From Octopus bimaculoides (lineage: Eukaryota), in assembly GCF_001194135.2 (NCBI RefSeq), contig NC_068983.1, positions 94,266,672 to 94,330,671 of the forward strand: a stretch of DNA of 64,000 nt, in the 5' to 3' direction. The first letter of the stretch is position 1, and each line of letters begins with the position of its first letter. Below, in pieces: positions 61,748 through 64,000 of the stretch. Position numbers and translations under genes: made by a program. The notes beneath the pieces are model-generated. The model did not search any database. It saw nothing but the letters and a program-made list of their open reading frames with translations, and was not told the DNA's origin.

Positions 61748-62312
61748 GTGAGTATTTTAACTTTATTATGTAAGTGTAATGTTTAACCATTTATTCCCAG
61801 CATATTATTTTATTTAATACTACTCAAAAAATTAATATCTTAAAATTGTTTTTCGTTGAATTGTGTAGTATAAAGATTGTATAATTGTTTTGATAATATA
61901 CAATTGTTTGAAACTGACCTTTCAATAATATATCATTATCATCATTGTCATCATTTCACATCTGTTTTCCATGCTAACATGGGTTGGATGGTTTGACATG
62001 GAGTGGCCAGCTGGGGGTGCTGTCCAGACTTCAATTGTCTGTTGTGGCATGGTTCCTATGTCTGGATGCCCTTCTTAACACCAACCACTTAACAGAGGGC
62101 GATGGGTGCTTTTTATGTCCCACTGGCATGGGTGCATTTATGCAGCATCGGCACAGATGCATTTACCTACAACACAGATCAATGTAATTGACTTATTCTC
62201 GCCATCAAAATTGCTGGCCTTTGTCAGATTATAAAAATCATTATTACTATTCAATACTTGCTTCTTGGTATTTCTCTTATGTATAATTTTTCTTATTTAA
62301 TTTTTCTTTCAG

Positions 62313-62492
62313 AGTTCTAATGCCAGTATGGTCACATCTATTTCTGATAGAATTGAAAAATACAGGAAGATCTTTGAAAAATCTTTCACAGATGTAAAAG
62401 GTCAGGACTCAGACACCAAGCGGTTTGCTTCAGAGAGGTTTCAAATTATCGTCAAGCTCTATTTACATATATTCAATTCTCTTCTAATATCT
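62313..62492 (+). CDS. RB1: RB1 coding exon 14 (180 nt, phase 0 to 0), pocket A; gene continues beyond the window
   Basis: tttcag / TCT|GTAAGT; SSNASMVTSISDRIEKYRKIFEKSFTDVKGQDSDTKRFASERFQIIVKLYLHIFNSLLIS; corresponds to human exons 13+14 fused. Confidence 0.9.
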
Positions 62493-62589
62493 GTAAGTAT
62501 TTCTTCATCTTATTTTCTTACAAACATCTTGTATGAAATGTGAAGGTTTTTAATCAGTGTGCAAACATCAAGTCAAGAGAAAGACAACA

Positions 62590-62900
62590 CCCAATGTGGC
62601 TTGGTGGTTAGGGTATTCTGCTCACAATCGTAAGGTCATGCGTTCAATTTCCAGCGACATGTTGTGTCCTTGAGTAAGTCACTTTATTTCATGTTGCTCC
62701 AGTCCACTCAACTGGAAAAAATGAGTAATACTTGTATTTCAAAGGGCTAACCTCGTCAAACTCTGTCATGCTGAATCTCCTTGAGAACTACATTAAGGGT
62801 ACATTCGTTTACGGAGTGCTCAGCCACAATTTCACAAGCAGGTTGTTCCATTGAACAGATCAACTGGAACCCTCATTGTTGTAACCGATGAAGTGCCAGT
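62590..62900 (+). mobile_element. SINE family D, full length
   Basis: tRNA-like head (TGGCTTGGTGGTTAGG..GTTCAATTTCC), core GTGTCCTTGAGTAAGTCACTTTATTTC, distinct 3' tail. Confidence 0.8.
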
Positions 62901-63164
62901 TAAAGTTGTTTTGAAGAATATGATAGATATGGAAATTCAAAGCTTTGAACCCAGGAATAAACTTTACTTCAGTATTTCTCCATGTAATTTGTCTTGTATC
63001 AGTTTTCTAAAAATATGTGTAACACTCACCATGGACAAACAAAATTAGTATATAGCATTTAAATATTCAAAGGAGGTTTTAATCAAAACTGTATTGCAAG
63101 TGTTATTCACTTTTATGCCCCATTCTGAAGTCCCACACCACACCAAGTAAACTACATACATAGG

Positions 63165-63512
63165 GTAAAGGGTAAAGACCCCCTTCAGTCATGAATGACC
63201 ATGGGATTGCGCCTAGAAAGTTACCCTTCCAGGCACAAATCCGGGCAAGGTTGTTTATGGAAGACCAGCAGTCACCCATGCATATCAGCCTCCCCTCCCC
63301 ACACCACTGATGTTATCCAAGGGAAAAGCAAAGGCTGATACAGCTTGGCACCAGTGATTTTGCAACTCATTTCTACAGCTGAATGAACTGGAGCAATAAG
63401 AAATAAAGTGTTTTGCTCAAGAACACATCACACAGCCTGGTATGGGAATTGAACTCACTACCTAATGATTGTGAGTCCAGTGCTCTAACCACTGAGCCAT
63501 GTGTCTTCAACT
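63165..63512 (-). mobile_element. SINE family E, full length
   Basis: Minus-strand head TGGCTCAGTGGTTAGAGCACTGGACTCACAATC..GAGTTCAATTCCC with A and B boxes. Confidence 0.85.
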
Positions 63513-63639
63513 ACACACATAAATAAGTAATATATTATGGATCTATGTATGTTTGTGTATGTACATATGTGTGAGTGTATATGTATATATTGTTTTTGTA
63601 CATTTATATGTATGTATATATTTGTATACACATGTTTAT

Positions 63640-64000
63640 ATATCATCATCATCATCGTTTAACGTCTGCTTTCCATGCTTGCATGGGTTGGACGATTTGA
63701 CTGAGGACTGGTGAAACCGGATGGCAACACCAGGCTCCAATCTAATTTGGCAGAGTTTCTACAGCTGGATGCCCTTCCTAACGCCAACCACTCAGAGAGT
63801 GTAGTGGGTGCTTTTACATGTCACCCGCACGAAAATGGCCACGCTCGAAATGGTGTCTTTTATGTGCCACGCGCACAAGCCAGTCCAGGGGCACTGGCAA
63901 CGATCTCACTCGAAAATCCTACGGGAGCCAGTCAGGCGGTACTGGCAACGGCCACGCTCAAAATGGTGCATCTCATGTGCCACCCGCACAAGAGCCAGTC
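63640..64000 (-). mobile_element. RTE 3' UTR copy (runs off the window)
   Basis: Close reverse complement of 6530-6775, with a (CAT)n tail. Confidence 0.85.

Noticed and set aside
63425-63512. tRNA gene
   Set aside because: This is the tRNA-derived head of a multicopy SINE and continues into the SINE core; no complete cloverleaf. The same applies to the other SINE heads.

Overview
AT-rich, repeat-dense animal genomic DNA with five N-gaps. The repeat landscape (tRNA-derived SINEs, RTE LINE 3' ends with (GAT)n tails, TTAA MITEs, long (AT)n/(CA)n tracts) looks most like an octopus/coleoid cephalopod draft assembly; this is an inference. Two spliced + strand genes were reconstructed by hand; the ORF track catches only parts of some exons. 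(1) The last six coding exons of SUCLA2 (ADP-forming succinyl-CoA ligase beta), stop at 10605-10607. (2) The first 14 coding exons (476 codons, ATG 24870) of a retinoblastoma gene with RB1-type intron phases, continuing past the window. Everything else is intron or intergenic sequence filled with SINEs, RTE/CR1 LINE and Penelope fragments, mariner/Tc1 and Gypsy fossils, piggyBac-like MITEs and one young TSD-flanked LTR element. Highlights: a non-canonical LTR primer-binding site complementary to the 5' end of tRNA-Phe; two minimal type I hammerhead ribozyme motifs, one in a ~172-bp retrozyme-like unit; SUCLA2-RB1 adjacency as at human 13q14; and inverted MITE pairs flanking frame-symmetric RB1 exon pairs. 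Family assignments and human comparisons are from recall, not from searches. TE boundaries are approximate unless a TSD or TIR is given.
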